64,000 nucleotides of DNA from an uncultured Actinomycetes bacterium. Lineage in GTDB: Bacteria > Actinomycetota > Actinomycetes > Nanopelagicales > Nanopelagicaceae. A program made the position numbers and the translations under genes. Below the pieces are notes generated by a model. It made no database searches, was not told the origin of the DNA, and worked only from the letters and a program-made list of their open reading frames with translations. Below, piece after piece: positions 10,002 through 18,585 of the stretch (positions are counted from its first letter, which is position 1; each line of letters begins with the position of its first letter). The stretch spans positions 3,408-67,407 of the forward strand of contig CAIJOY010000011.1 in assembly GCA_903822425.1 (NCBI GenBank), written 5' to 3'.

Positions 10002-10784
10002 ATGAAATTCAATCGATTTATCGCATGCGGTGATTCCTTCACAGAAGGTATGACCGATGAAATGGTGCGCGGGCAATATCGAGGTTGGGCCGACCGGGTT
10101 GCCGATGTTATGGCAGAGCAAGCAGAAGGTTTCACTTATGCAAACTTGGCTGTTCGTGGAAAATTGGTGCGGCAGGTCATTAATGATCAATTGCCAACCG
10201 CAATAACTTTTGTGACTGGCCCGAAAACACTTATTTCATTTCATGCTGGGGCAAATGATGTCTTGCGTCCTAATTACAAAGCCGAACTCGTGCTTCCTCT
10301 TTATGCAGACGCAGTGCGAAAATTGGCAGCATCCGGTGCAACACTCTTGCTCTTCACCGTACTTGAGCGCACCGATAGCAAGGGTAGGTCCGCACAAATG
10401 TGGGACTCCCGTTTTGGCGCATTCAATGAAAATGTACGCGCTGTGGGCAAAGAGGTCGGTGCACTTATTGCTGATGCAAACGAGGATGGATTCCTTAGCG
10501 ATCGCAGATTTATGGCAAGTGATCGATTGCATTTAAACCCCATGGGTCATGATCGAGTTGCGCAAGGGGTATTGCAAAAGTTGAATCTTCCATTTGCGCC
10601 GCAATGGCGAACACCATTACCTGCTGCTAAACCAGCTGCTCTAAACCAAAGAATCTATGACAATGCGCGTTGGTTTATCAGTTTTCTTGCGCCGTGGATC
10701 TGGCGACGTGCGCGTGGGAAATCTTCAGGTGATGGGCGCGTATCTAAGCAAAATCGTCCAATTCCATGGCCTCAATTGCACTGA
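10002..10784 (+). CDS. SGNH/GDSL-family hydrolase
   Basis: Block I reads IACGDSFTEG. Block III (GANDV) and block V (DRLHLN) are also present. Confidence 0.8.
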   Translation: MKFNRFIACGDSFTEGMTDEMVRGQYRGWADRVADVMAEQAEGFTYANLAVRGKLVRQVINDQLPTAITFVTGPKTLISFHAGANDVLRPNYKAELVLPLYADAVRKLAASGATLLLFTVLERTDSKGRSAQMWDSRFGAFNENVRAVGKEVGALIADANEDGFLSDRRFMASDRLHLNPMGHDRVAQGVLQKLNLPFAPQWRTPLPAAKPAALNQRIYDNARWFISFLAPWIWRRARGKSSGDGRVSKQNRPIPWPQLH

Positions 10785-10831
10785 ATTAGCACACCTAGGT
10801 ACTCGCTGGCATAATACGGCAGTACGAAAAT

Positions 10832-10906
10832 GCCTCCCTAGCTCAGTGGTAGAGCGCCCGCCTTGTAAGCGGAAGGTCGTCAGTTCAATCCTGACGGGGG
10901 GCTCCA
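10832..10906 (+). tRNA. tRNA-Thr (anticodon TGT), with CCA encoded
   Basis: The hand fold gives acceptor GCCTCCC/GGGGGGC, D-arm AGCTCAGTGGTAGAGC, anticodon loop CTTGTAA and T-arm GTCAG-TTCAATC-CTGAC. The discriminator is T, followed by CCA. Confidence 0.9.
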
Positions 10907-10918
10907 TATTTTTAGAGA

Positions 10919-11674
10919 CTAGAAAAAGTACTTAACAAAAAGCCATAGTGATGCGCACATACCCACGATGAAAACTATTCGCCGATAAAACTCGGGTGAA
11001 GCCAACTTTGCCCAACGTCCTCCTTGGATTCCACCCAAACTTGAACCAATCAAAAGAGCAACAACAAACCACCACTGAGCTTTTCCACTAAAAATATAGA
11101 TGAGATTGGATGCAAGACTAGTAATCCCGACGATGATGTTTTTTGCACCATTGAGATCTTTTGTTTTACTTTCAGAATCCCTTGCTAAGGCAGCCACAAC
11201 CATGACACCTTGGCCGGGCCCAAAATATCCGCAGTAGAGACCACTTGCTCCGATCAACAGTGTTTCAAAGGACTTTCGTTTCAACTTTCGCACAGTTCCT
11301 ACGGGTATGAGAAAAGTAAGCGTTGCGCCTAGCAACAAAAACGGAACGATCTTTTCGAAAACACCAGGTGGCATTGAAAGTAGTAACAGTGCACCGATGA
11401 TTGAGCAGATTACCGATGCGATAATTTGCATCCGGTAGAGATAAAAGAGATCTTTGAAACGCTTTTTTGAACCACCAAGTGCAAAGAAATTTGCGCTAGA
11501 TACTCCCAGAGCATTTGTGATTGCTGCATTAATTGGCGCTAGACCCAGGGCAAGCAACACGGGGTAGGAGATGATGGATGCGCCGCCAGCCATTGCGTTG
11601 ATGGTGCCAACTATGAGGCCGACAACGACCGTTAAGACAAGGGCGGAGAGCGATGGGTGCATTGTGAGGATCAT
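10919..11674 (-). CDS. TauE/SafE-family sulfite/anion exporter (DUF81)
   Basis: 251 aa and polytopic, with about 8 TM helices. It has the Gly-rich repeats (GGASIISYPVLLALG; GYFGPGQGVM) typical of TauE. Confidence 0.8.
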   Translation of the reverse strand: MILTMHPSLSALVLTVVVGLIVGTINAMAGGASIISYPVLLALGLAPINAAITNALGVSSANFFALGGSKKRFKDLFYLYRMQIIASVICSIIGALLLLSMPPGVFEKIVPFLLLGATLTFLIPVGTVRKLKRKSFETLLIGASGLYCGYFGPGQGVMVVAALARDSESKTKDLNGAKNIIVGITSLASNLIYIFSGKAQWWFVVALLIGSSLGGIQGGRWAKLASPEFYRRIVFIVGMCASLWLFVKYFF

Positions 11675-11796
11675 TCTAGGCAGCAGGTGGAGAAGGCACG
11701 CCAGTCGCTGCGTAAATAAGGCGAGCCCGTACGCTCGTCATCGGTTAGACTTTGGTTTCGCAAGAACTCTAGATATTGCGGAGGGAGTGATCACTT

Positions 11797-11901
11797 ATGG
11801 CTAACAAAGAACAAAAAAGCAACGCTAACCAGAAGAAGGAACCAAAGCTTTCTCTGAAGGAAAAGCGCGCTAAGAAACAAGAAAAGAAAGACAAGAAGTA
11901 A
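11797..11901 (+). CDS. 34-aa lysine-rich small protein (candidate)
   Basis: Hand translation gives MANKEQKSNANQKKEPKLSLKEKRAKKQEKKDKK. A strong SD (GGAGGGAG) lies 8-9 nt upstream. The ORF ends 28 nt before the carbonic anhydrase start and occupies an otherwise empty gap. Confidence 0.45.
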   Translation: MANKEQKSNANQKKEPKLSLKEKRAKKQEKKDKK

Positions 11902-11929
11902 GTAATTAACGTTCGGGAGGTTGTAACTA

Positions 11930-12460
11930 GTGAGTGAAGCGAACTTCTCAGAGCATTTCCCGAGCGAATCTTTTGAAGATGTGTTGGCTGCGAACGGTGA
12001 GTTTGCTTCTGCTTTTCAAGGAAGCTCTCTCACCGGTTCTGCAGCACGAGGTTTAGCCATCGTTACATGCATGGACTCTCGTATCAGCCCACTAGCAGCG
12101 GTTGGAATGCAATCAGGGGATGCGAAAATTTTACGCAACGCTGGTGCCCGTGTTACCGAAGATGTTTTGCGCACTCTTGTCTTGGCAACGTATCTTTTAG
12201 GCGTGAATCGCATCTTGGTGATGCCCCATACAGATTGCCGAATGGCTCAGAATGAAGAGGCAGACATTCATGCCACGATCTCCAAACAATTTGGGGTTGA
12301 TACCCGAAGTCTTGAATTTCGCACAGTATTGGATCAACGCAAAGCACTCGCAACCGATGTCATCAGAATTCGCTCCTACCCGCTCCTTAGAAAAGGTGTA
12401 AGCGTTGGAGGCGCAATCTATAACGTGACAACAGGGGTTCTTGAGCCCATAGATTGTTAA
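11930..12460 (+). CDS. Beta-class carbonic anhydrase
   Basis: The zinc ligand motifs CMDSR and HTDC are present. GTG start preceded by GGGAGG. It resembles Rv1284 (canA). Confidence 0.85.
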   Translation: MSEANFSEHFPSESFEDVLAANGEFASAFQGSSLTGSAARGLAIVTCMDSRISPLAAVGMQSGDAKILRNAGARVTEDVLRTLVLATYLLGVNRILVMPHTDCRMAQNEEADIHATISKQFGVDTRSLEFRTVLDQRKALATDVIRIRSYPLLRKGVSVGGAIYNVTTGVLEPIDC

Positions 12461-12464
12461 ATAA

Positions 12465-13685
12465 ATGAAACTTTCTCTAGCTATTGCTATTGGCAAAGCG
12501 ATGGGATGGCTCTCCCGGATTACAAAACGTGGCAGCGGAGTCATGGTCACTGGTCGAATAATTCTTAAACTTGTTCCAACTGCAGTTTCAGAACTCTCAC
12601 GCAATCGTAAAATTGTTTTGATTTCTGGAACAAATGGCAAAAGCACAACCACGTCTCTGATTTATCACGCCCTTGCGACAAAATCAGCTGTTGCAAGTAA
12701 CTTCACCGGAGCTAATCTTTTTGCTGGCATCACAGCGGCGCTAGGTCAGAATCGCAGCGCCTCAGTAGCTGCCCTTGAAGTAGATGAAATGGTTATGCCG
12801 TGGGCAATTGAAGAAACCAAGCCAAGACTTATTGTTTTATTAAATTTAGGCCGCGATCAACTTGATCGTCTTTCTGAAGTTCGTATGGTGGCTCTTAAAT
12901 GGAAGCAATCACTAGCTTTACTACCTTCTTACTGCGCGGTGTTCGCCGATGCCGATGATCCATTTGTCACGTGGGCTGCGCGTGATTGCGTCAATGTAAT
13001 TTGGTTTACTGCCGGTGCCATAGGGCATATCGACGCATCAACCTGTCCAGAGTGCGGGGTTATTCTCAATTGGAGTGCGGATAAGAGCACATACTCATGC
13101 GAATGTGGTTTTAGAAAACCAAACCCTGAATGGATTCTGCGCGGCAGTGAACTTTCTGGTCCTAATAATCAGCAAATTAATGTCAGGAGTGCAATCCCTG
13201 GTGCTGCGGCACTTGGAAATGCTGCCCGCGCAATCGTGGTCGCAAAAACTTTTGGGATCGATATCAGTGCGGCCTCAGATGCGATAGCTAAAGTTTCTAG
13301 CGTGGATGGAAGATTTGGAAAATTGAAGATTGGTCAAACAAATTTCCGTCTCATGCTTTCTAAAAATCCTGCTAGCTGGCGAGAGACTCTCACCACGAGT
13401 GCTTCAGGGCCCAAAGCTGTCGCGCTTGTTGTAAATGCCAATGCCCAAGATGGTAAAGATACCTCTTGGTTGTGGGATGTGGATTTCACTCCCCTTGCTG
13501 GACGCACAGTAGTTGCAACGGGTGAGCGAAGATTAGACCTTTCGGCACGATTAACCGTTAACAATATTGCTCATCGCATTGCGGTAGATGAAAAAGATGC
13601 AGCGAAGATTTTGGGTGCCCAGGAGGCTGACTTAATCGCTTCGTACACCGCTTTTCATCGCTTAGCCAAGAAGGCGGATCGCTGA
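12465..13685 (+). CDS. murT: Lipid II isoglutaminyl synthase subunit MurT (Mur ligase-like)
   Basis: The P-loop GTNGKSTT is present. A Cys4 ribbon (CPECG...CECG) and a DUF1727-type C-terminus are present. It is followed by gatD with a 1-nt overlap. Confidence 0.87.
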   Translation: MKLSLAIAIGKAMGWLSRITKRGSGVMVTGRIILKLVPTAVSELSRNRKIVLISGTNGKSTTTSLIYHALATKSAVASNFTGANLFAGITAALGQNRSASVAALEVDEMVMPWAIEETKPRLIVLLNLGRDQLDRLSEVRMVALKWKQSLALLPSYCAVFADADDPFVTWAARDCVNVIWFTAGAIGHIDASTCPECGVILNWSADKSTYSCECGFRKPNPEWILRGSELSGPNNQQINVRSAIPGAAALGNAARAIVVAKTFGIDISAASDAIAKVSSVDGRFGKLKIGQTNFRLMLSKNPASWRETLTTSASGPKAVALVVNANAQDGKDTSWLWDVDFTPLAGRTVVATGERRLDLSARLTVNNIAHRIAVDEKDAAKILGAQEADLIASYTAFHRLAKKADR

Positions 13686-14380
13686 TGACTTTAACTTTGG
13701 TTCACCTACTGCCAGAACTCCTTGGCACTTACGGAGATCGTGGAAATGTTGAGATTGCAAGTTGGCGTTTGCGCCAACGCGGTATTGCTCATGAAGTTAT
13801 CAATGTAGGCGCCAATGATCGAATTCCAGTTTCTGCCGATCTCTATTTTCTTGGTGGAGGTGAAGACGATGCGCAAATTGCTGCACGAGAAATCCTAGAA
13901 CGCGATGGGGCAGTCCGAAAAATTATTAACAATGGAGGTCACATATTTGCCGTTTGTGCTGGCTTTCAAATACTCGGTGCAAGTTTCCCGGCATCCCAAA
14001 ATCGAACGATGATCGGTTTAGGAATTCTGCCAATTGAAACCTTGGCTGGCGCCCAACGATCAGTGGGTGAGATCTTGCTTAAACCTACGATTGATATCGC
14101 AACTCTGAGTGGCTTTGAAAATCATGCCGGGCAAACACGCTTCTTGGATGAAGCACAACCACTTGGCGCGGTCATTCATGGCGTTGGCAACGGTTTAGAA
14201 GCTGGTGCCGATGGCATTATCACTGATCAAGTGCTTGCAACCTATATGCATGGCCCAGCTTTCGCACGAAATCCAGAGTTAGCTGATTGGTTTCTATCTC
14301 GCAAAATTGGTGTGCTAGAAAAATTAGATGCCCCTATTTTCCAGCAATTACATGATGAGCGAGTTGCCAGCGTTAAATGA
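13685..14380 (+). CDS. gatD: Lipid II isoglutaminyl synthase glutaminase subunit GatD (CobQ-type GATase)
   Basis: 231 aa. The catalytic Cys lies in the context FAVCAGFQILG, with a downstream His region (TYMHGP). It is paired with murT. Confidence 0.85.
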   Translation: MTLTLVHLLPELLGTYGDRGNVEIASWRLRQRGIAHEVINVGANDRIPVSADLYFLGGGEDDAQIAAREILERDGAVRKIINNGGHIFAVCAGFQILGASFPASQNRTMIGLGILPIETLAGAQRSVGEILLKPTIDIATLSGFENHAGQTRFLDEAQPLGAVIHGVGNGLEAGADGIITDQVLATYMHGPAFARNPELADWFLSRKIGVLEKLDAPIFQQLHDERVASVK

Positions 14381-14381
14381 T

Positions 14382-15149
14382 TTAAGGATTGGTTCTGCGA
14401 ACAGGTGCTCGAGTGATCGGAGCTGCTGTATTTGCCAAGAATTCTCGGATAACCACCTGGGTTAACTCTGGCTTTTCTTTAATAACAAAATGAGAAGTAC
14501 CAGGAATTACTGCTAACTGTCCTTGAGGAATTGATTCATACAAAGCAGTGGTGTGTTCTAAGCTAAAAAGTTCATCATCGCCCACAAGAACTAAGGTCGG
14601 ACATTGAATCCTAGATAGATCTGCCAGCGTCATTGTGGGTTCTGATTTCCAAATTGCGCGCAAGCGCGCCACCTTTCCATCTAGCGCCTCTGGTGCATCT
14701 GGAGATCGAGTTGCATGCTCGATTCGGTCTTCTTCAGTGATCGGCCAATCTGGAATTGGAATCCCGCCATTATTGAAATGAAAGTTTGCACCAATAGCAA
14801 CAATAGATTTCACTAAATCTGGTCGGGCAATTGCCACCATCAACGCAATGATTCCGCCATCGCTCCAACCAACGAGATGTGCCGGACCTTTCACAATATC
14901 TTCAAGATAAGCGATCGCTTCACGTGTCTGGAAATCAAAATGAAAACTGCCTAGCTGGTCCCCTGTGCGGCCTTGTCCCGTACGGTCATAACCAAAAACA
15001 TGATGCGTACTTTCACAAGCAGGTAGCAGGTATGTATCCCAATTTTCTGTTGCACTCATGCCACCGTGCAAGAGAACAAGTGGTTCACCATTGTTTGCCC
15101 ATTCGCTGCTCCACACTTGGTGGCCGCGCAAATTAATATGGGATGACAC
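14382..15149 (-). CDS. Alpha/beta-fold hydrolase
   Basis: 255 aa. It has the oxyanion HGG motif (LLHGG), a nucleophile elbow GWSDGG and a C-terminal His (GTSHF). It starts the base after the ndh stop. Confidence 0.75.
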   Translation of the reverse strand: MSSHINLRGHQVWSSEWANNGEPLVLLHGGMSATENWDTYLLPACESTHHVFGYDRTGQGRTGDQLGSFHFDFQTREAIAYLEDIVKGPAHLVGWSDGGIIALMVAIARPDLVKSIVAIGANFHFNNGGIPIPDWPITEEDRIEHATRSPDAPEALDGKVARLRAIWKSEPTMTLADLSRIQCPTLVLVGDDELFSLEHTTALYESIPQGQLAVIPGTSHFVIKEKPELTQVVIREFLANTAAPITRAPVRRTNP

Positions 15150-16373
15150 TTATTCTGAATCCATTATGTGGCGATTGCCTCGATCAAAGGTGAGGTAATT
15201 CCACATCCAGTCAGTCACGGTAAGCACTTTATTACGCCCACCTAAAAGATAGAACAAATGCAGAGTTAACCAAGCACTCCATGCGATAGCTCCAGCAAGT
15301 TTGATCTTTCCCACCTCTACGACCGCTTTATGACGGCCAATAGTTGCCATTGATCCTTTATCTTTATACACGAATTTCTTGGTGGGTTGAGAAGATGCAA
15401 CGTTAAGGATTTGTCGGGCAACCCACCTACCTTGTTGCATGGCCACTGGAGCGACCATGGGCAAGAACTTTCCTTCATCACTTCTAGAACCGGCGATATC
15501 ACCGATAGCCCAAATGTGGGGATAGTTCTTTACTTGGAGAGATTCTTCGACATCGATTCGCGTGGAAGTGATCGGTAAATTTAAAATTCCTGCAGTTGGT
15601 TCTCCGCGAACCCCTGCTGCCCAAATAGTGACTTCAGATGGAACAAATTCTCCATTTTTTAAAAATATCTTGCGAGGTTTGATTTCCTGTACTGCCGTGT
15701 TGCACAGAACTTTGACACCTAGTTTTTCTAAATCATCTTGAGTGCGGCGTGAAAGTGATGGGGAAAAACTTGGCAGAACGCGCGGGCCTGCTTCAATCAG
15801 GTACACGTTGATGTGTGCTGCTGCGTGAGGTTGGTCTGAAGTAAGTGGACCACGCACTAGCTCTGCCATTGCCCCGGCCATTTCAACACCTGTCGGGCCA
15901 CCTCCAATGATCGCGATTGAGAAGATAGTTTCATCTTCAAATCTGCAAAGATCTTCAAAGCGACGCATCACCTCTGCACGAATACTCAGCGCTTCAGAGA
16001 CGCTTTTCATTCCTAGTGCATGGTCGGTAACACCTTTGACTCCAAAATCAGCTGTTGCCGAACCTAAAGCTACAACAAGATGATCAAACTCAAGTGTCTC
16101 GCTGCTATCGAGTTTTACTGCTTTATTTTTGTGATCAATGGATATGGGGCTGCCCATGCGAAAAGCAACATCTGTTTTTCGAAGGGCACCACGAATTGGA
16201 TAGGCCACATGATCTGCTGCTAACCCCGCCGTTGATACTTGGTAGAGAAGAGGGAGAAAAGTTTGAAAATTATGTCGGTCTACTAAAGTCACGTGGGCTT
16301 TTCCTGCGAGGGCTCTTGCTGCTGTTAAGCCGCCGAAGCCCGCACCAAGGATTACTACGCGTGGCTTTTGCAT
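15150..16373 (-). CDS. ndh: Type II NADH:quinone oxidoreductase (NDH-2)
   Basis: 407 aa. It has two dinucleotide folds (VVILGAGFGG; IAIIGGGPTGVE) and a C-terminal amphipathic membrane-anchor region. Confidence 0.85.
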   Translation of the reverse strand: MQKPRVVILGAGFGGLTAARALAGKAHVTLVDRHNFQTFLPLLYQVSTAGLAADHVAYPIRGALRKTDVAFRMGSPISIDHKNKAVKLDSSETLEFDHLVVALGSATADFGVKGVTDHALGMKSVSEALSIRAEVMRRFEDLCRFEDETIFSIAIIGGGPTGVEMAGAMAELVRGPLTSDQPHAAAHINVYLIEAGPRVLPSFSPSLSRRTQDDLEKLGVKVLCNTAVQEIKPRKIFLKNGEFVPSEVTIWAAGVRGEPTAGILNLPITSTRIDVEESLQVKNYPHIWAIGDIAGSRSDEGKFLPMVAPVAMQQGRWVARQILNVASSQPTKKFVYKDKGSMATIGRHKAVVEVGKIKLAGAIAWSAWLTLHLFYLLGGRNKVLTVTDWMWNYLTFDRGNRHIMDSE

Positions 16374-16436
16374 GATTCACCTTTCCGCGAGCGGTCTCTG
16401 AGGGTTAAGTCTAAGGTTTGCAGTGTGAATTCGCAG

Positions 16437-17900
16437 ATGATTAATCGCAGATACCTGGTGACCGGGGCCTCGGGCTATGTTGGCGGGCGCCTAGTGCGCG
16501 CTTTGGTTGAAGATGACCGCAATGTTCGCGTTTTCCTTCGCGATAAGACGAAAATTCAAGGACAACCCTGGGCACATGAAGTCGAGATTTTCGAAGGAAA
16601 TGCTAATAGTTACGATGATTTGAATAGCGCCTTAATCGGAATTCACACTGCTTATTACTTGCTTCACTCGATCAATCTAGGACCAGATTTTGACAAGATT
16701 GAAGCACAGATGGCTCGCAACTTTGCCCGCGCGGCCCAAGCACAAGGAGTTTCACAGATTGTCTATCTTGGAGGAATCGCCAACGATTCAAAAACAAGTA
16801 AACATTTAGCCTCACGTGCACAAGCTGGAAGTGAACTAGCTTCAACCGACGTTGCCGTCATGGAATTGCGTGCGGGCATTGTCATAGGTTCTGGTTCGGC
16901 ATCTTTTGAGATGTTGCGCCATCTCACTCACCGATTGCCGATTATGACAACACCAAAATGGGTAACCAATCGCACGCAGCCAATTGCTGTGAGAGATGTG
17001 CTGTGGTATTTGCGAAAAAGTGCGGCTCTCACAAAACCCGTTTCAGCAATTTTTGATATCGGTGGGCCAGAAGTCCTCACTTATGCGGACATGATGCAGA
17101 AGTTTGCAAAAATATCCGGACTCCCTAAGCGATGGATTATTAAAGTACCGGTTCTTACTCCAAAGCTTTCAAGTTTATGGATTGGTCTTGTTACGCCCGT
17201 ACCGACGGCTTTAGCGCGGCCACTGGTTGGATCATTAATTAGCGAAGTAGTTGCAGATCCCGCAAGAAGTATTGATGCACTAATCCCTCCACCACCAGAA
17301 GGGTTGCTCAACGTAGAAAGTGCAATCCGCTTGGCTTTGAGTCGCATCTCAGAACATTCGGTAGAGACTCGTTGGTCTGATGCTGGAGTTGCTACTGCGC
17401 CATGGCAAAAGGCGCAAGGAGATCCTGATTGGGCCGGTGAAACCATTTTGCGTGATCACCGTGAAATGTTTAGTGACATTCCAGCACAACGGATTTGGAA
17501 AGAAATTGAATCTATTGGTGGAGAAAACGGTTGGTACGGAGCGGATTGGCTCTGGTGGTTGCGCGGATTACTCGACCGTTTTTTTGGAGGCGTTGGGTTA
17601 CGAAGAGGGCGGCGCGATCCTGATCATTTACGAGTCGGCGAAAGTTTAGATTTCTGGCGAGTAGAAGCGATTGAGAGTGGGCGAGTATTACGCCTTTATG
17701 CGGAGATGATTTTGCCTGGAAAGGCCTGGCTGGAGTTTCGGTTAGATGAGGTTGACGGCAGAACGCGCATAACACAAGAAGCTACTTTTGCTCCTCGTGG
17801 TTTGGGCGGACAACTTTATTGGTACATAGTCCTGCCTTTTCATTCATTTATTTTCCCAACGATGATGAAGAATATTCTCAAAAAGAGTGCTAAAAATTAG
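16437..17900 (+). CDS. NAD(P)-binding SDR-like domain fused to a DUF2867 domain
   Basis: The Rossmann motif VTGASGYVGG is present. The long C-terminal domain matches my memory of DUF2867 architecture. I place the start at ATG 16437, and the ORF is open from 16368. Confidence 0.68.
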   Translation: MINRRYLVTGASGYVGGRLVRALVEDDRNVRVFLRDKTKIQGQPWAHEVEIFEGNANSYDDLNSALIGIHTAYYLLHSINLGPDFDKIEAQMARNFARAAQAQGVSQIVYLGGIANDSKTSKHLASRAQAGSELASTDVAVMELRAGIVIGSGSASFEMLRHLTHRLPIMTTPKWVTNRTQPIAVRDVLWYLRKSAALTKPVSAIFDIGGPEVLTYADMMQKFAKISGLPKRWIIKVPVLTPKLSSLWIGLVTPVPTALARPLVGSLISEVVADPARSIDALIPPPPEGLLNVESAIRLALSRISEHSVETRWSDAGVATAPWQKAQGDPDWAGETILRDHREMFSDIPAQRIWKEIESIGGENGWYGADWLWWLRGLLDRFFGGVGLRRGRRDPDHLRVGESLDFWRVEAIESGRVLRLYAEMILPGKAWLEFRLDEVDGRTRITQEATFAPRGLGGQLYWYIVLPFHSFIFPTMMKNILKKSAKN

Positions 17901-18549
17901 TCGAACCAAAATTTATAAGTATCGCAACAACGAGTAAAACTAGAATAATTGCGGTAAAAATACTCAACCGTTTTCCAAATATTTGTGGCAAACCGTTTAT
18001 TCCAGCTTTGCGATCTTGCTCCATGTCTTTTAGGACATTTATGAAATGTGCTGCAATTCCTGAAAGTGCTCCAGTTGCGATAACCCACAGAGGTACCGTT
18101 GAGGATTTACTTAAGATTATTGAACTCGGAAGGGCAGCAAAGCCAACTGCATAGGGAAGAAGTGATAGCCACATCGACTTAAAATAAAAGTTATATGCAA
18201 TTCCACAACCAACGAAAAGAAGATGAACAAAGCCACCGCGAAGACCTAATGGCCCAAAAAGAGAGAATGCAACACATAGCGTCAGCGAAATGTATGTCGT
18301 AATCTTTACTTCTCGTACAGAAACTTTCCCCGAGGCGAGCGGCTTATTTTTACGACCTTGGTCAAGGTCTCTTTGACGATCGATCAAGTCATTGGTTAAT
18401 CCAATGCAGAGTTGTCCGGTAAAAATCGTGAATGCGATGACATAGGAAGGCCCTTCCCACCACAGGCGAAGTGAGAGGAGATATGCGATCCAAGTCACCA
18501 ACAGCGTTGGACCTGGATGAGAACTCCTGAATAGAAAGTAAAGGCGCAT
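17890..18549 (-). CDS. UbiA-family prenyltransferase (short, 219 aa)
   Basis: The first Asp-rich motif is NDLIDRQRDLDQGRKNKPLASG and the second is KDMEQDRKAG. It is polytopic. It is about 60-80 aa shorter than typical UbiA members. Confidence 0.7.
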   Translation of the reverse strand: MRLYFLFRSSHPGPTLLVTWIAYLLSLRLWWEGPSYVIAFTIFTGQLCIGLTNDLIDRQRDLDQGRKNKPLASGKVSVREVKITTYISLTLCVAFSLFGPLGLRGGFVHLLFVGCGIAYNFYFKSMWLSLLPYAVGFAALPSSIILSKSSTVPLWVIATGALSGIAAHFINVLKDMEQDRKAGINGLPQIFGKRLSIFTAIILVLLVVAILINFGSTNF

Positions 18550-18585
18550 AGCGTAATTCTGCCTTAAAGTGGCACACTAGAGGTT

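Noticed and set aside
9500-10135. Long antisense ORFs opposite well-recognised genes. Examples are 9500-10135(-) opposite rlmB/SGNH, 7054-7560(-) opposite ispF, 34557-35090(-) opposite the BadF-type gene, 51078-51527(-) opposite tatD/rsmA, 17081-17446(-) and 20987-21376(-) opposite groEL.
   Set aside because: Each lies fully within a gene whose product carries unmistakable family motifs on the other strand. Their translations are low-complexity Ala/Ser/Arg/Pro-rich strings typical of antisense frames in GC-richer genes. None has a recognisable domain or SD.
10832-10918. The four tRNA genes (Thr 10832, Arg 38257, Ala 46479, Gln 53537) as possible integration sites for genomic islands.
   Set aside because: No integrase or recombinase genes flank them. 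I noticed no duplicated tRNA 3'-end segments nearby. The flanking genes are ordinary conserved chromosomal genes in standard synteny.
11675-11796. A possible sigma-70-type promoter (TTAGAC ... TAGATA) upstream of the lysine-rich small ORF.
   Set aside because: The spacer I count is 19 nt, which is longer than optimal, and actinobacterial -35 elements are poorly conserved. The evidence is not strong enough to list it as a feature.
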